Source of the DNA: Candidatus Ferrigenium bremense | GTDB lineage: Bacteria; Pseudomonadota; Gammaproteobacteria; Burkholderiales; Gallionellaceae | Reading direction: 5' to 3' | Length of the DNA stretch: 64,000 bases | Assembly (NCBI GenBank): GCA_019449635.1 | Contig: JAGRPI010000002.1 | Span: 21,749-85,748 of the forward strand | In this document: positions 7,899 through 17,600 of the stretch, piece by piece | Layout: the number at the start of each line of letters is the position of its first letter | Position numbering within the stretch: the first letter of the stretch is position 1 | The notes under the pieces: model-generated | Seen by the model: only the letters and a program-made list of their open reading frames with translations | What the model was told of the DNA's origin: nothing | Databases searched by the model: none | Position numbers and translations under genes: made by a program

Positions 7899-7961
7899 AC
7901 GGACTTAAAATCCGTCGAGGCTTAACCCCTCGTACCGGTTCGATTCCGGTTCCGGGCACCA
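7899..7961 (+). other. att site: 3' fragment of tRNA-Leu(TAA)
   Basis: ACGGA-CTTAAAA-TCCGT anticodon arm, long variable arm, GGTTCGATTCC T-arm and CCA end; the 5' acceptor strand and D-arm are missing (AT-rich sequence instead). Confidence 0.9.
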
Positions 7962-7997
7962 ACGAAGGCTTTGAGCGGCAGGCCTCCGCCGCTTGCG

Positions 7998-10469
7998 CTA
8001 TTTGAGTACCGGTTTGGCTCCCCAGATCCTGTCGGCATATTCGCTTATGGTGCGGTCGCTGGAGAATTTTCCCATGCTGGCCACATTTAGGATGGCGCGG
8101 CGCGTCCATTGTTGCCGATCGCGGTATAGCGCCTCCACACGCTCCTGTGCGGCAATGTAGGCTTCATAGTCGGCCAGCAGCAGATAACGGTCCCCGAAGT
8201 GGGTGAGATTGTCGACGATGGGCCGGAAGCGGTCGGCCTGTTCGGGGGAGAAGTAACCCGAGGCGATCATGTCCAGTGCCCATTTCAGTTCGGCGTTGTT
8301 ATGGTAGTAATTCCAGGGGTTGTAACCGGAATTCTTCAGCTCGGCGACTTCCTGCGCGTCAAGTCCGAAGATGAAGATGTTGTCTTTGCCCACTTCCTCC
8401 ATGATCTCGATATTGGCTCCGTCGAGCGTGCCGATGGTCAGCGCGCCGTTGAGGGCGAGCTTCATGTTGCCGGTGCCGGAGGCCTCGGTGCCCGCCGTGG
8501 AGATTTGCTGAGACAGGTCCGCCGCCGGGATGATGATACTGGCGGTGGACACATCGTAATTGGGGATGAAGGCCAGCTTCAGCAGGCCGCGCGCGGCAGG
8601 ATCGTTGTTGACGATGTCGGCGATGCTGTTGGCGAGCTTGATGATGAGTTTGGCGGTGGCATAACCGGGCGCCGCCTTGCCGGAAATGATCACGGTGCGC
8701 GGCACGGCATCCAGCGACGGATTGGAACGGATGCGGTTATACAGGGTGACGACATGGAGCAGGTTGAGAAGCTGCCGCTTGTATTCGTGGATACGCTTGA
8801 CCTGGACATCGAACAGGCTGTCCGGGTCGATCTTGAGAGCCAGCCTGCTCATTACCAGCTCGGCCAGGCGCTCCTTGTTGGCGCGTTTCACGGCACGGAA
8901 TTCGGCCTGAAAAGTACCATCGCCGGCCAGATTGTCCAACTGGCGCAATTGCGACAGGTCGGTGATCCACTCTTTGCCAATGCGGCCGGTGATCAGGCCG
9001 GCCAGTTCCGGGTTGGCCTGGTTCAGCCACAGGCGCGGGGTGATGCCGTTGGTGATGTTGGTGAGCTTGTCCGGGTAGTAGCGGTGGAAATCGGCGAAGA
9101 TGGTGGTTTTCATCAACTCTGAATGGAGTTGCGCCACACCGTTGACATGATGGCTGCCGACGATAGCCAGATGCGCCATGCGCACGCGGCGGCCATGTGT
9201 TTCGTCGATGATGGACATGCGTTTGAGCAGCTCATTGTCGCCGGGGAAACAGTGCATGACTTCCTTTAAAAAACGCTGGTTGATCTCGTAAATGATCTGC
9301 AGATGACGCGGCAGCACCGACTCGAATAGAGCCACCGGCCAGGTTTCCAGCGCTTCCGGCATCAGCGTGTGATTGGTGTAGGCAAAGGTGTTGCTGATGA
9401 TTCGCCAGGCATGATCCCATTCCATGTGATGGATATCCACCAGCAAACGCATCAGTTCCGGAATGGCGATGGAAGGGTGGGTATCGTTGAGCTGGATCGC
9501 CACCTTGTCCGGCAGTTCGTCGAAGGTCTCATGGTGCTTGTGGAAGCGGTGCAGGATGTCCTGCAGCGATGCGCTGACGAAGAAATATTGCTGCTTGAGG
9601 CGCAGTTCCTTGCCCATGTCGGTGGTGTCGACGGGATATAGCACCTTGGAGAGGTTCTCCGATTCATTCTTGTCTTCCACCGCCTTGATGTAGTTGCCCT
9701 CGTTGAAGTACTTGAGGTCGAAATCGCGCGAAGCCTTGGCCGACCACAGGCGCATGTTGTTGACGGTGTCGAGTCCGTAGCCCGGAACCGGCGTGTCGTA
9801 GGCCATCGCCATGACATCGTCGGTGTCTATCCAGTGATGATGCAGCCGGCCGAGTTCATCGGCGTATTGCACCACATGGCCGTAAAACTTCACCGGGTAC
9901 AGTACTTCCGGGCGCGGGAATTCCCACGGATTGCCATAGCGCAGCCAGTTATCCGGATGCTCCACCTGCCAGCCGTCTTCTATCCTCTGGTTGAACATGC
10001 CATATTCGTAACGGATGCCCATGCCGTAGCCGGGCAGGCCGATGGTCGCCATGGAATCGAGAAAACAGGCGGCCAGCCTTCCCAGACCGCCATTGCCGAG
10101 CGCGGCGTCGAATTCCAGTTCCGTCACTCTGTCCAGATTGACGCCGGCTTCGATGCAGGCCTGGCGGACTTCCTCGAGAAAACCGACATTGAGCACGCTG
10201 TTCATCAGGCTGCGCCCGATGAGAAATTCCATGGAGAGGTAGTACACCCGCTTGGCATCGTCACGATAGTAGCGGCGCATGGTTTCCATCCAGCGCTCGA
10301 TCAGGCGATCGCGAACCACTCCCGCAAGGGTGAAGAACCAGTCGCGGTCGGTGGCAGTGATGGGGTCCTTGCCGATGGAAAAAATGAGATGGTTGGTCAG
10401 GGACTGCCTGACCGAATCCAGGTTGAGGTTGAGCGGTTCATGCTGGGAGATTTTCGGTGCTTTTGGCAT
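7998..10469 (-). CDS. glgP: Glycogen/starch phosphorylase (GT35)
   Basis: LGNGGLGRLAACFLDS, QVKRIHEYKRQ and EASGTGNMK (PLP lysine) motifs. Confidence 0.97.
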   Translation of the reverse strand: MPKAPKISQHEPLNLNLDSVRQSLTNHLIFSIGKDPITATDRDWFFTLAGVVRDRLIERWMETMRRYYRDDAKRVYYLSMEFLIGRSLMNSVLNVGFLEEVRQACIEAGVNLDRVTELEFDAALGNGGLGRLAACFLDSMATIGLPGYGMGIRYEYGMFNQRIEDGWQVEHPDNWLRYGNPWEFPRPEVLYPVKFYGHVVQYADELGRLHHHWIDTDDVMAMAYDTPVPGYGLDTVNNMRLWSAKASRDFDLKYFNEGNYIKAVEDKNESENLSKVLYPVDTTDMGKELRLKQQYFFVSASLQDILHRFHKHHETFDELPDKVAIQLNDTHPSIAIPELMRLLVDIHHMEWDHAWRIISNTFAYTNHTLMPEALETWPVALFESVLPRHLQIIYEINQRFLKEVMHCFPGDNELLKRMSIIDETHGRRVRMAHLAIVGSHHVNGVAQLHSELMKTTIFADFHRYYPDKLTNITNGITPRLWLNQANPELAGLITGRIGKEWITDLSQLRQLDNLAGDGTFQAEFRAVKRANKERLAELVMSRLALKIDPDSLFDVQVKRIHEYKRQLLNLLHVVTLYNRIRSNPSLDAVPRTVIISGKAAPGYATAKLIIKLANSIADIVNNDPAARGLLKLAFIPNYDVSTASIIIPAADLSQQISTAGTEASGTGNMKLALNGALTIGTLDGANIEIMEEVGKDNIFIFGLDAQEVAELKNSGYNPWNYYHNNAELKWALDMIASGYFSPEQADRFRPIVDNLTHFGDRYLLLADYEAYIAAQERVEALYRDRQQWTRRAILNVASMGKFSSDRTISEYADRIWGAKPVLK

Positions 10470-10644
10470 GTCACTTCCTTCTCTGTGAACGGGCTGTATA
10501 GGCATGGTTTCTGCGGGCAACAGCCTATTTTGTATTCATGAATTAAGGCGCATAATCCGTACGGTCATCAGGATAAACAATTATGCTGTTCCACGGCCGG
10601 CGTGAAGCGATGACGCAGTTTACATTATTTCTTCGGGAGGATTT

Positions 10645-11565
10645 ATGCGGCTGGCGATGATCGGACTGGGCAAGATGGGCGGCAACATGGTGCGCAGGCT
10701 GCGCCGCGGCGGAATCGAGGTGGTCGGCTATGACCGGTCGGCGGAAGCAGTCGCGCAGCTTGCCGCAGAGGAAGGCATGCTGGCCGCCGCCTCGGTGGCC
10801 GATGCGGTGGCGCAATTGTCCGGCCCGCGCGTGGTATGGCTGATGCTGCCGAGCGGCGAACCGACCGAGCAGCAGGTTCGCGCATTGGCGCCGCTGCTGT
10901 CGCAGGGCGACATCATCGTGGACGGCGGCAATTCCAATTACCATGACAGCCAGCGGCGCGGCGACTGGCTCGCGGAGCAGGGTATCGGCTTCATGGATTC
11001 CGGCACTTCCGGCGGCGTGTGGGGACTGGAGAACGGTTATTGCCTGATGGTCGGGGCGACGTCCAAAGTGGCAAAGACCATGACGCCCATCCTGCAAGCC
11101 CTTGCTCCGTCAGCGGATCGCGGCTGGGCGCATGTCGGGCCGGTCGGCGCGGGGCACTTCACCAAAATGATCCACAACGGCATCGAGTACGGCATGATGC
11201 AGTCCTTCGCCGAAGGGCTGGAACTGCTGCGCGGCAAGCAGGAATTCGCGCTCGACCTGGCGCAGATCACCGAGCTGTGGCGGCATGGTTCGGTGGTGCG
11301 CAGCTGGCTGCTCGACCTCACCGCGGAGGCGCTGAAGCATGACCAGGAATTAACAGCAATTGCACCTTATGTGCCGGATTCCGGCGAGGGGCGCTGGACG
11401 GCGGTGGAGGCCATCGACCAAGGCGTCGCCGCACCGGTGCTGACGCTGGCGTTGCAGATGCGCTTTGCCAGCCAGAACGAGACCGGCTACGGCTACCGCC
11501 TGTTATCCACCATGCGCAATGCCTTCGGCGGCCATGAGGTCAAACACGCGGGCGGGGAAAAATGA
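10645..11565 (+). CDS. gnd: 6-phosphogluconate dehydrogenase, decarboxylating (short form)
   Basis: IGLGKMGGNM, DGGNS, GTSGG, KMIHNGIEYG motifs. Confidence 0.93.
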   Translation: MRLAMIGLGKMGGNMVRRLRRGGIEVVGYDRSAEAVAQLAAEEGMLAAASVADAVAQLSGPRVVWLMLPSGEPTEQQVRALAPLLSQGDIIVDGGNSNYHDSQRRGDWLAEQGIGFMDSGTSGGVWGLENGYCLMVGATSKVAKTMTPILQALAPSADRGWAHVGPVGAGHFTKMIHNGIEYGMMQSFAEGLELLRGKQEFALDLAQITELWRHGSVVRSWLLDLTAEALKHDQELTAIAPYVPDSGEGRWTAVEAIDQGVAAPVLTLALQMRFASQNETGYGYRLLSTMRNAFGGHEVKHAGGEK

Positions 11566-13067
11566 AAACGTCGGAACCTTGTACGCTGGCGATATTCGGC
11601 GCGGGCGGCAATCTGAGCCGCCGCAAGCTGATTCCTGCGCTGTTCCGCCTGGAGATGGCAAAGCGCCTGCCGGAGCAGATGGTGATCCTGGGTTGCGACA
11701 TCGCGCTGCGGCAGCGCGACGAATGGTTGAGCATCGTTGCGGGAATCTTGCGGCCGGTCTATCCGCAGGGAATCGATGAAAGCGCGCTGCAACGCTTTTG
11801 CGCGCGGCTGCATTATTTTGCCATCCCGCCCGGCGATGACGCGGCCTATTCGCGTTTGCAGCAGATGCTGGACGGGAATGCGAATTTTCCTCCGAACATG
11901 ATCTATTACATGGCGGTACGCCCGGCGGACTATCCCGCCATCGTCGAAAAGCTCGGCAATGCGGGCCTGCTCAAACAGAAGAACGGCTGGCGGCGCGTGG
12001 TGATCGAAAAACCCTTCGGTTACGATCTGCTCAGCGCGCAGACGCTGCAAGCGAGCCTGTACCGGCACTTGAACGAACCGCAGATCTACCGCATCGACCA
12101 TTACCTCGGCAAGGGCACGGTGCAGAACGTGATGGTGTTCCGCTTCGCCAACCTGCTGCTGGAGCCGCTGTGGAACCATCACTACATCGACCATGTGCAG
12201 ATCACCCATTCCGAGACCTTGGGTATCGAGGGGCGCGCCGATTACTACGAAGGCGCCGGTGCGTTGCGCGACATGATCCAGAGCCATTTGCTGCAATTGC
12301 TGGCGCTGGTGGCGATGGAGCCGCCGGTGACGATGTCCGCCGAACACCTGCGCGACGAAAAAGTGAAGGTGCTGAAGGCGATCCGCCCGATCACGCAGAA
12401 CGCGGTGCATGCCCACGCCTTCCGCGGCCAGTACGCCAGCGGCAGCATCGACGGCAAGACGGTTCCCTGCTACCTGGAAGAGCCCGGTGTGGCGGCGGAT
12501 AGCACCACGGAAACCTACGCGGCGCTCAAGCTGTTCATCGACAACTGGCGCTGGGCGGGGGTGCCGTTCTACCTGCGCACCGGCAAGCGCATGGCGGAGG
12601 GCAGCTCGGCGATCTGCGTGCGCTTCAAAAGCCCGCCGCAGGATTTGCTGCGCCACACGCGCCAAGGCCCGCCGCAGCCGAACTGGATCATGCTCGGCAT
12701 CCAGCCCAATGATTGCCTGAAAATGGAAATGCAGGTCAAGGTGCCCGGCCTGGACTTGCATACCCGCGCGATCAGCCTGGACGCCACGTACCGCAAGGGC
12801 GATGACGAGGATTACGATGCTTACGAAGGGCTATTGCTGGATGTGATTCAGGGCGATCATTCGCTGTTCCTGCGCATCGACGAAGTGGAAGCGGCATGGC
12901 GCGTGGTCGATCCGATCCTCAAGGTGTGGGCGATGGAACGCGATTTCATCAACGGCTATCCGGCGGGCAGTTGGGGGCCGCGCGGCACCTACCGGCTGTT
13001 CGACCGCGATGACCAGTTCTGGCGCCATTCGTTGAATCTGGACGGCGCTGATTTGCAGGCCTATTAA
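11562..13067 (+). CDS. zwf: Glucose-6-phosphate dehydrogenase
   Basis: EKPFG and YRIDHYLGK active-site motifs. Confidence 0.96.
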   Translation: MKTSEPCTLAIFGAGGNLSRRKLIPALFRLEMAKRLPEQMVILGCDIALRQRDEWLSIVAGILRPVYPQGIDESALQRFCARLHYFAIPPGDDAAYSRLQQMLDGNANFPPNMIYYMAVRPADYPAIVEKLGNAGLLKQKNGWRRVVIEKPFGYDLLSAQTLQASLYRHLNEPQIYRIDHYLGKGTVQNVMVFRFANLLLEPLWNHHYIDHVQITHSETLGIEGRADYYEGAGALRDMIQSHLLQLLALVAMEPPVTMSAEHLRDEKVKVLKAIRPITQNAVHAHAFRGQYASGSIDGKTVPCYLEEPGVAADSTTETYAALKLFIDNWRWAGVPFYLRTGKRMAEGSSAICVRFKSPPQDLLRHTRQGPPQPNWIMLGIQPNDCLKMEMQVKVPGLDLHTRAISLDATYRKGDDEDYDAYEGLLLDVIQGDHSLFLRIDEVEAAWRVVDPILKVWAMERDFINGYPAGSWGPRGTYRLFDRDDQFWRHSLNLDGADLQAY

Positions 13068-13071
13068 AATC

Positions 13072-14073
13072 ATGAACCGTTTTCTTGCAGGCGACATCGG
13101 CGGCACCAAGACGCGCCTCGCGACCGTTGAAGTCACCGGCACGCAAGTGCGGATTGAGCGCGAAGCCGATTACCCGAGCCGCGATTACGCCAAATTTGCA
13201 GACTTGCTCGGCGACTTTCTGGCGGATGCTGATATTCCCCATCACGCGGCTTTCGGCGTCGCCGGCCCGGTGCGGGGCAGGGTGGTGCAAACCACCAATC
13301 TGCCGTGGCGTATCGATGCCGATGCCTTGCAACGGCAATTCGGATTTGCGCATTGCACCCTGCTCAACGATCTGGAAGCGACTGCTTATGGCTTGCCGGC
13401 ATTGGGTGCGGATGACCTGCTGACTTTGCAGGCCGGTGCGCCTGACGCCAGCGGCAATGTCGCCGTGATTGCCGCAGGAACCGGCTTGGGCGAGGCAGGC
13501 TTGTTTTGGGACGGGCAATGCCACCACCCGTTTGCCACGGAAGGCGGGCATGCCAGTTTCAGCCCGGGCGATGAACTGGAAATGTCGTTGCTGCGCTACC
13601 TGCAGCAACGGCATCAGCACATCAGCTGGGAGCGCGTGGTGTCCGGTATGGGCTTGCTCAGCCTGCATGAGTTCCTGTGCTTGTATCGTCGCGTTGCCGT
13701 ACCGCAATGGCTGGCTGAAGAAATGCGCAACGGCGATGCGGCGGCCGCCATTGCCAGCGCCGCATTGTCCGGCCGCGATAAAATATGCATCAAAACGCTG
13801 GATTGGTTTGCACGTCTGTACGGGGCGGAAGCGGGCAATCTCGCGCTCAAGGTGATGAGCAAAGGCGGCCTGTATCTGGGCGGCGGGATCGCGCCGAAAA
13901 TATTGCCGCTGTTGCAGGATGGCGCGTTCCTCGATGCGTTCCTGAACAAGGGCCGGATGCGCCCATTGCTTGAGACCGTACCGGTCAGGGTGATCCTGAA
14001 TGACCGCACCGCGCTGTTCGGACCGGCTTTGCGCGCCGCACGATTGGCCAACAACGCAAATGAAAATCGCTGA
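13072..14073 (+). CDS. glk: Glucokinase
   Basis: GDIGGTKTR, LLNDLEA, GTGLG, EGGH motifs. Confidence 0.95.
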   Translation: MNRFLAGDIGGTKTRLATVEVTGTQVRIEREADYPSRDYAKFADLLGDFLADADIPHHAAFGVAGPVRGRVVQTTNLPWRIDADALQRQFGFAHCTLLNDLEATAYGLPALGADDLLTLQAGAPDASGNVAVIAAGTGLGEAGLFWDGQCHHPFATEGGHASFSPGDELEMSLLRYLQQRHQHISWERVVSGMGLLSLHEFLCLYRRVAVPQWLAEEMRNGDAAAAIASAALSGRDKICIKTLDWFARLYGAEAGNLALKVMSKGGLYLGGGIAPKILPLLQDGAFLDAFLNKGRMRPLLETVPVRVILNDRTALFGPALRAARLANNANENR

Positions 14074-14081
14074 CTTGCCGA

Positions 14082-14873
14082 ATGCGCATGGCAAATATGC
14101 CGCCCCTGATGATGAAACCCGCCATGCCCGTTTCCCTCTCTCCTAGCTCTCTCCCGCAAGCGAGAGAGAGGGACGCAGTCTCGCTGCGCGAGTTTCATAT
14201 TAATGCGCAGGCCGTTTTTGTGCATGAAGACACTGAAGGTTTGAGTGCCGCAGCCGCGCAACGCGTTGCCGAACTGGCCGCACAGGCGATCGCGGCACGC
14301 GGGGTGTTTCATATTGCATTGGCCGGCGGCGCAACGCCGCGCCGCTGTTATGAAAAGCTGCGCCGCCTGCCCGTCGACTGGGAGCACGTGCAGGTTTATT
14401 TCGGCGACGAACGTTGCCTGCCTGCCGGTGATGCCGGACGCAATGACCGCATGGCTCGCGAGACCTTGCTGGAGCATATCGCCATTCCGCCGGACAATAT
14501 CCATGCCATTCCGGCTGAACTGGGCGCGCGCGAAGCGGCAGCCAGGTATGCGGCCATGCTGGAAAATGCCGCGCCGCTCGACCTGGTGCTGCTGGGCATG
14601 GGCGAGGATGGGCATATTGCCAGCCTGTTTCCGGGCAATCCGGCGACGGATAGCAAGGCGCTCGCCGTTCCGGTATTCAATGCGCCCAAGCCGCCCCCCG
14701 AGCGGGTTTCGCTGGGCATGGTCACATTGAATGCGGCACGGCAGCGCATCTTTCTGGTGGCCGGAGCGGGGAAACGTGATGCATTGGGGCAGATGTTGTT
14801 GGGGAAATCGTTGCCTGCGGCATGTATTGCGGCCGCCGAGTGGCATCTCGATCGCGCGGCATTATCGGGGTGA
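14082..14873 (+). CDS. pgl: 6-phosphogluconolactonase (start uncertain; N-terminus includes a REP-like insertion)
   Basis: LAGGATP, FGDERC, LGMGEDGHIASLFP motifs. Confidence 0.9.
   Translation: MRMANMPPLMMKPAMPVSLSPSSLPQARERDAVSLREFHINAQAVFVHEDTEGLSAAAAQRVAELAAQAIAARGVFHIALAGGATPRRCYEKLRRLPVDWEHVQVYFGDERCLPAGDAGRNDRMARETLLEHIAIPPDNIHAIPAELGAREAAARYAAMLENAAPLDLVLLGMGEDGHIASLFPGNPATDSKALAVPVFNAPKPPPERVSLGMVTLNAARQRIFLVAGAGKRDALGQMLLGKSLPAACIAAAEWHLDRAALSG
14127..14203 (+). repeat. REP/MITE-like hairpin element, short form
   Basis: CCCGTTTCCCTC...TCCCGCAAGCGAGAGAGAGGG...TCGCTGCGCGAGTTTCATATTAA; both ends shared with 48003-48234 (minus strand). Confidence 0.6.
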
Positions 14874-14990
14874 TGGCAAGCACTGCCCGCGCAATGCGGG
14901 ACACTGTAAAAAGTCAGAGGACAGGGCAGTTACGCTATAATTCATATTCCCACACAAATACAAATCTGACTTTTGATTGGGCATAAAACC

Positions 14991-17552
14991 ATGGAAAAAA
15001 GTACCCCATATATTCTGCAAGTCTGCCCGAAAATTCCCGCCCGTCTGGCGCGTCTTGAAGAGCTCGCGAACGACCTCTGGTATAGCTGGGACCGTCCTAC
15101 CCGCGCGCTGTTCGCGCGCCTGCACCCGGGTTTGTGGAAGGCCACCGGACAAAGCCCGAAAGCATTCCTGAAGCGCATCGATGAACAACACCTGCTGGAT
15201 GCGGCAGAAGACCCGGTATTCATCGGCAATCTCAACCGCGTGCTGGCGGCCTACGATACCTATCAGTATTACCGTTTGCCGCCGAGCGGTTCAAATTTGC
15301 TGCACAAAGATGATCTGGTCGCCTACTTCTGCGCCGAATTCGGTTTCCACGAGAGCCTGCCGATCTATTCGGGCGGCTTGGGCATTCTGGCGGGCGACCA
15401 CTGCAAGGCGGCGAGTGATCTGCGCCTGCCGTTCGTCGGCGTCGGCCTGCTGTATCGCCAGGGCTATTTCCACCAGACCATAGACGGCGACGGCAACCAG
15501 ATCGCCACAAACAGCGACTCCCATTTTGAAGACCTGCCCATCGCGCCGGCCAGGCACGCCGACGGCTCCGAAGTCTACACCTCGGTAAATCTGCCCAATC
15601 GCAAGCTCAACATCAAGATCTGGCAGGCCAAGATCGGGCACATCACGCTGTACCTGCTGGACACCGACCTGGAAAGCAACAATGTGCATGACCGCGACAT
15701 CACGCACCGCCTGTATGGTGGCGACAAGGTAACGCGTATCGAGCAGGAGATCGTGCTCGGTATCGGCGGCGTGCTTGCCTTGCAGGAATTGGGGATCAGG
15801 CCGACGGTATGGCATATCAACGAAGGGCATGCGGCGTTCATGGCGCTGGAAAGGATCCGCCAGAAGATTGCCGACGAAGGCATGGATTTTGCAGCAGCAC
15901 TCGAATGTGTGGCGGTCAACACCATCTTTACCACGCATACCCCGGTGCCGGCCGGGCATGACCATTTCAACGAGGGCATGGTGCAGGAGTACTTTGAACA
16001 CTATTACCCTGAACTCAAACTGAGCCGTGAGGAGTTTCTGGCGCTTGGCCGCGCCAAGGACAGCCCCGATTTCAACATGACGGCGCTGGCCATCCGCTGC
16101 ACGCGCTTCAACAACGGCGTATCGCGCATCCACGGCGATGTATCGGCGGCCATTTGCGGCGACATGTGGCCGGAAATCGAGCACAACGAAAATCCGATGA
16201 CTTACATCACTAACGGCGTACATGCACCGACTTTCCTTGCGACCGAGTGGATCGAGGTGCTGGAGCGCCATCTCGGGCTGGAATGGAGCGCGCGCATGAA
16301 TGACGTGGAATTCTGGGAAGGCGTCATGCGCATCCCGGATCACCTGTTCTGGAGCGTGACCCAGTCGTTGAAGGCCAAGATGTTGACCATGGTGCGCGAG
16401 CGCGTCAGCGCGCAGCACTTCCGCAATCACGGCTCCGAGGCGCACCTGGACCGCCTGCTCAAGTACGTTAACCCGGAAAACCCCAACATCCTCACCATCG
16501 GCTTTGCACGCCGTTTTGCGACCTACAAACGTGCGGCCATGCTGTTCGCCGACCTGGACTGGCTGCGCGAAATCCTGAATGACCCGGAGCGTCCCGTCGT
16601 ATTTATCTTTGCCGGCAAGGCGCATCCGGCGGACATTCCCGGCCAGGACCTAATCCGCCGCATCACCCACATCTCCAAGATGCCCGAATTCGTCGGCAAG
16701 ATATTGATGGTGGAAGGCTACGATCTGGCCATGGCACGCAAGCTGGTTTCTGGAGTGGATGTCTGGCTGAATAACCCGTTGTATCCGCTGGAAGCCAGCG
16801 GCACGTCCGGCATGAAGGCCGGCATCAATGGCACCATCAACCTGTCCGTGCTGGACGGCTGGTGGGGCGAGAGCTATGACGGCAAGAACGGCTGGGCGAT
16901 CAAACCCGTATCGGAATCGTTAAGCGAAGAAGCCCGCACGCGCGAAGAAACCCACACGCTCTATGAGTTGCTGCAAGACCAGGTCGTGCCGTTGTACTAC
17001 GAGCACAGCAAGATGGGCTTGTCGCCCGAATGGGTGAAGATGTCCAAACATTCGATGGCGACCATCATGCCGCGCTTCAATTCCAGGCGCATGGTGGGCG
17101 AATATCTCGCCAAATGCTACCTGCCGGCCAGCCAGCAACATCGCTTATACAGGGAGGACCAGCTCAAAAATTCATACATTGTCGCCGTCTGGAAGGCACG
17201 TATCCGCCATGCCTGGCCTGGTGTCGCACTGCGCCGCCTGGATGCCGAGCAGAGGGAGATCAACTATGGCGAAAGCCTGCGTTTTGAAGTGGCGGTCAGG
17301 CTGAACGGCCTCCAGCCCGGCGATGTGGTCGTGGAGATGCTGCTGGGCTTGTTTACCAAACGCGAAAAATCACAGAACTCACATCACTACCGTTTTGAAG
17401 CCACCGGTGCGATGACCGAAGCGGACGAAACCGTATTCGCCCTTGAAATGCAGCCGGAGAAATGCGGCAAGCTGGAATACCGTATTCGCGCCTACCCGTA
17501 CCATGAGATGCTGACTCATCCGTTTGAGCTGGGCATGATGCGCTGGCTTTAA
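14991..17552 (+). CDS. glgP: Alpha-glucan (glycogen) phosphorylase, second family (GT35)
   Basis: YSGGLGILAGD, FARRFATYKR and EASGTSGMKA motifs. Confidence 0.95.
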   Translation: MEKSTPYILQVCPKIPARLARLEELANDLWYSWDRPTRALFARLHPGLWKATGQSPKAFLKRIDEQHLLDAAEDPVFIGNLNRVLAAYDTYQYYRLPPSGSNLLHKDDLVAYFCAEFGFHESLPIYSGGLGILAGDHCKAASDLRLPFVGVGLLYRQGYFHQTIDGDGNQIATNSDSHFEDLPIAPARHADGSEVYTSVNLPNRKLNIKIWQAKIGHITLYLLDTDLESNNVHDRDITHRLYGGDKVTRIEQEIVLGIGGVLALQELGIRPTVWHINEGHAAFMALERIRQKIADEGMDFAAALECVAVNTIFTTHTPVPAGHDHFNEGMVQEYFEHYYPELKLSREEFLALGRAKDSPDFNMTALAIRCTRFNNGVSRIHGDVSAAICGDMWPEIEHNENPMTYITNGVHAPTFLATEWIEVLERHLGLEWSARMNDVEFWEGVMRIPDHLFWSVTQSLKAKMLTMVRERVSAQHFRNHGSEAHLDRLLKYVNPENPNILTIGFARRFATYKRAAMLFADLDWLREILNDPERPVVFIFAGKAHPADIPGQDLIRRITHISKMPEFVGKILMVEGYDLAMARKLVSGVDVWLNNPLYPLEASGTSGMKAGINGTINLSVLDGWWGESYDGKNGWAIKPVSESLSEEARTREETHTLYELLQDQVVPLYYEHSKMGLSPEWVKMSKHSMATIMPRFNSRRMVGEYLAKCYLPASQQHRLYREDQLKNSYIVAVWKARIRHAWPGVALRRLDAEQREINYGESLRFEVAVRLNGLQPGDVVVEMLLGLFTKREKSQNSHHYRFEATGAMTEADETVFALEMQPEKCGKLEYRIRAYPYHEMLTHPFELGMMRWL

Positions 17553-17600
17553 GAAGCTGTCTCCAACGCATTCCATGATATTCATTGTGACAGCTTCTAA

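Larger units (their letters stand above)
1..7961. mobile_element. Integrative plasmid-like element inserted at tRNA-Leu(TAA); right part only, left boundary outside the window
   Basis: Tyrosine integrase next to a 3' tRNA-Leu fragment (att), plus Xis-like HTH, primase-type Rep and hypothetical genes. Host glgP begins right after the att. Confidence 0.85.

Noticed and set aside
7899-7961. Functional tRNA-Leu gene
   Set aside because: The 5' acceptor strand and D-arm are absent; it is an att duplication.
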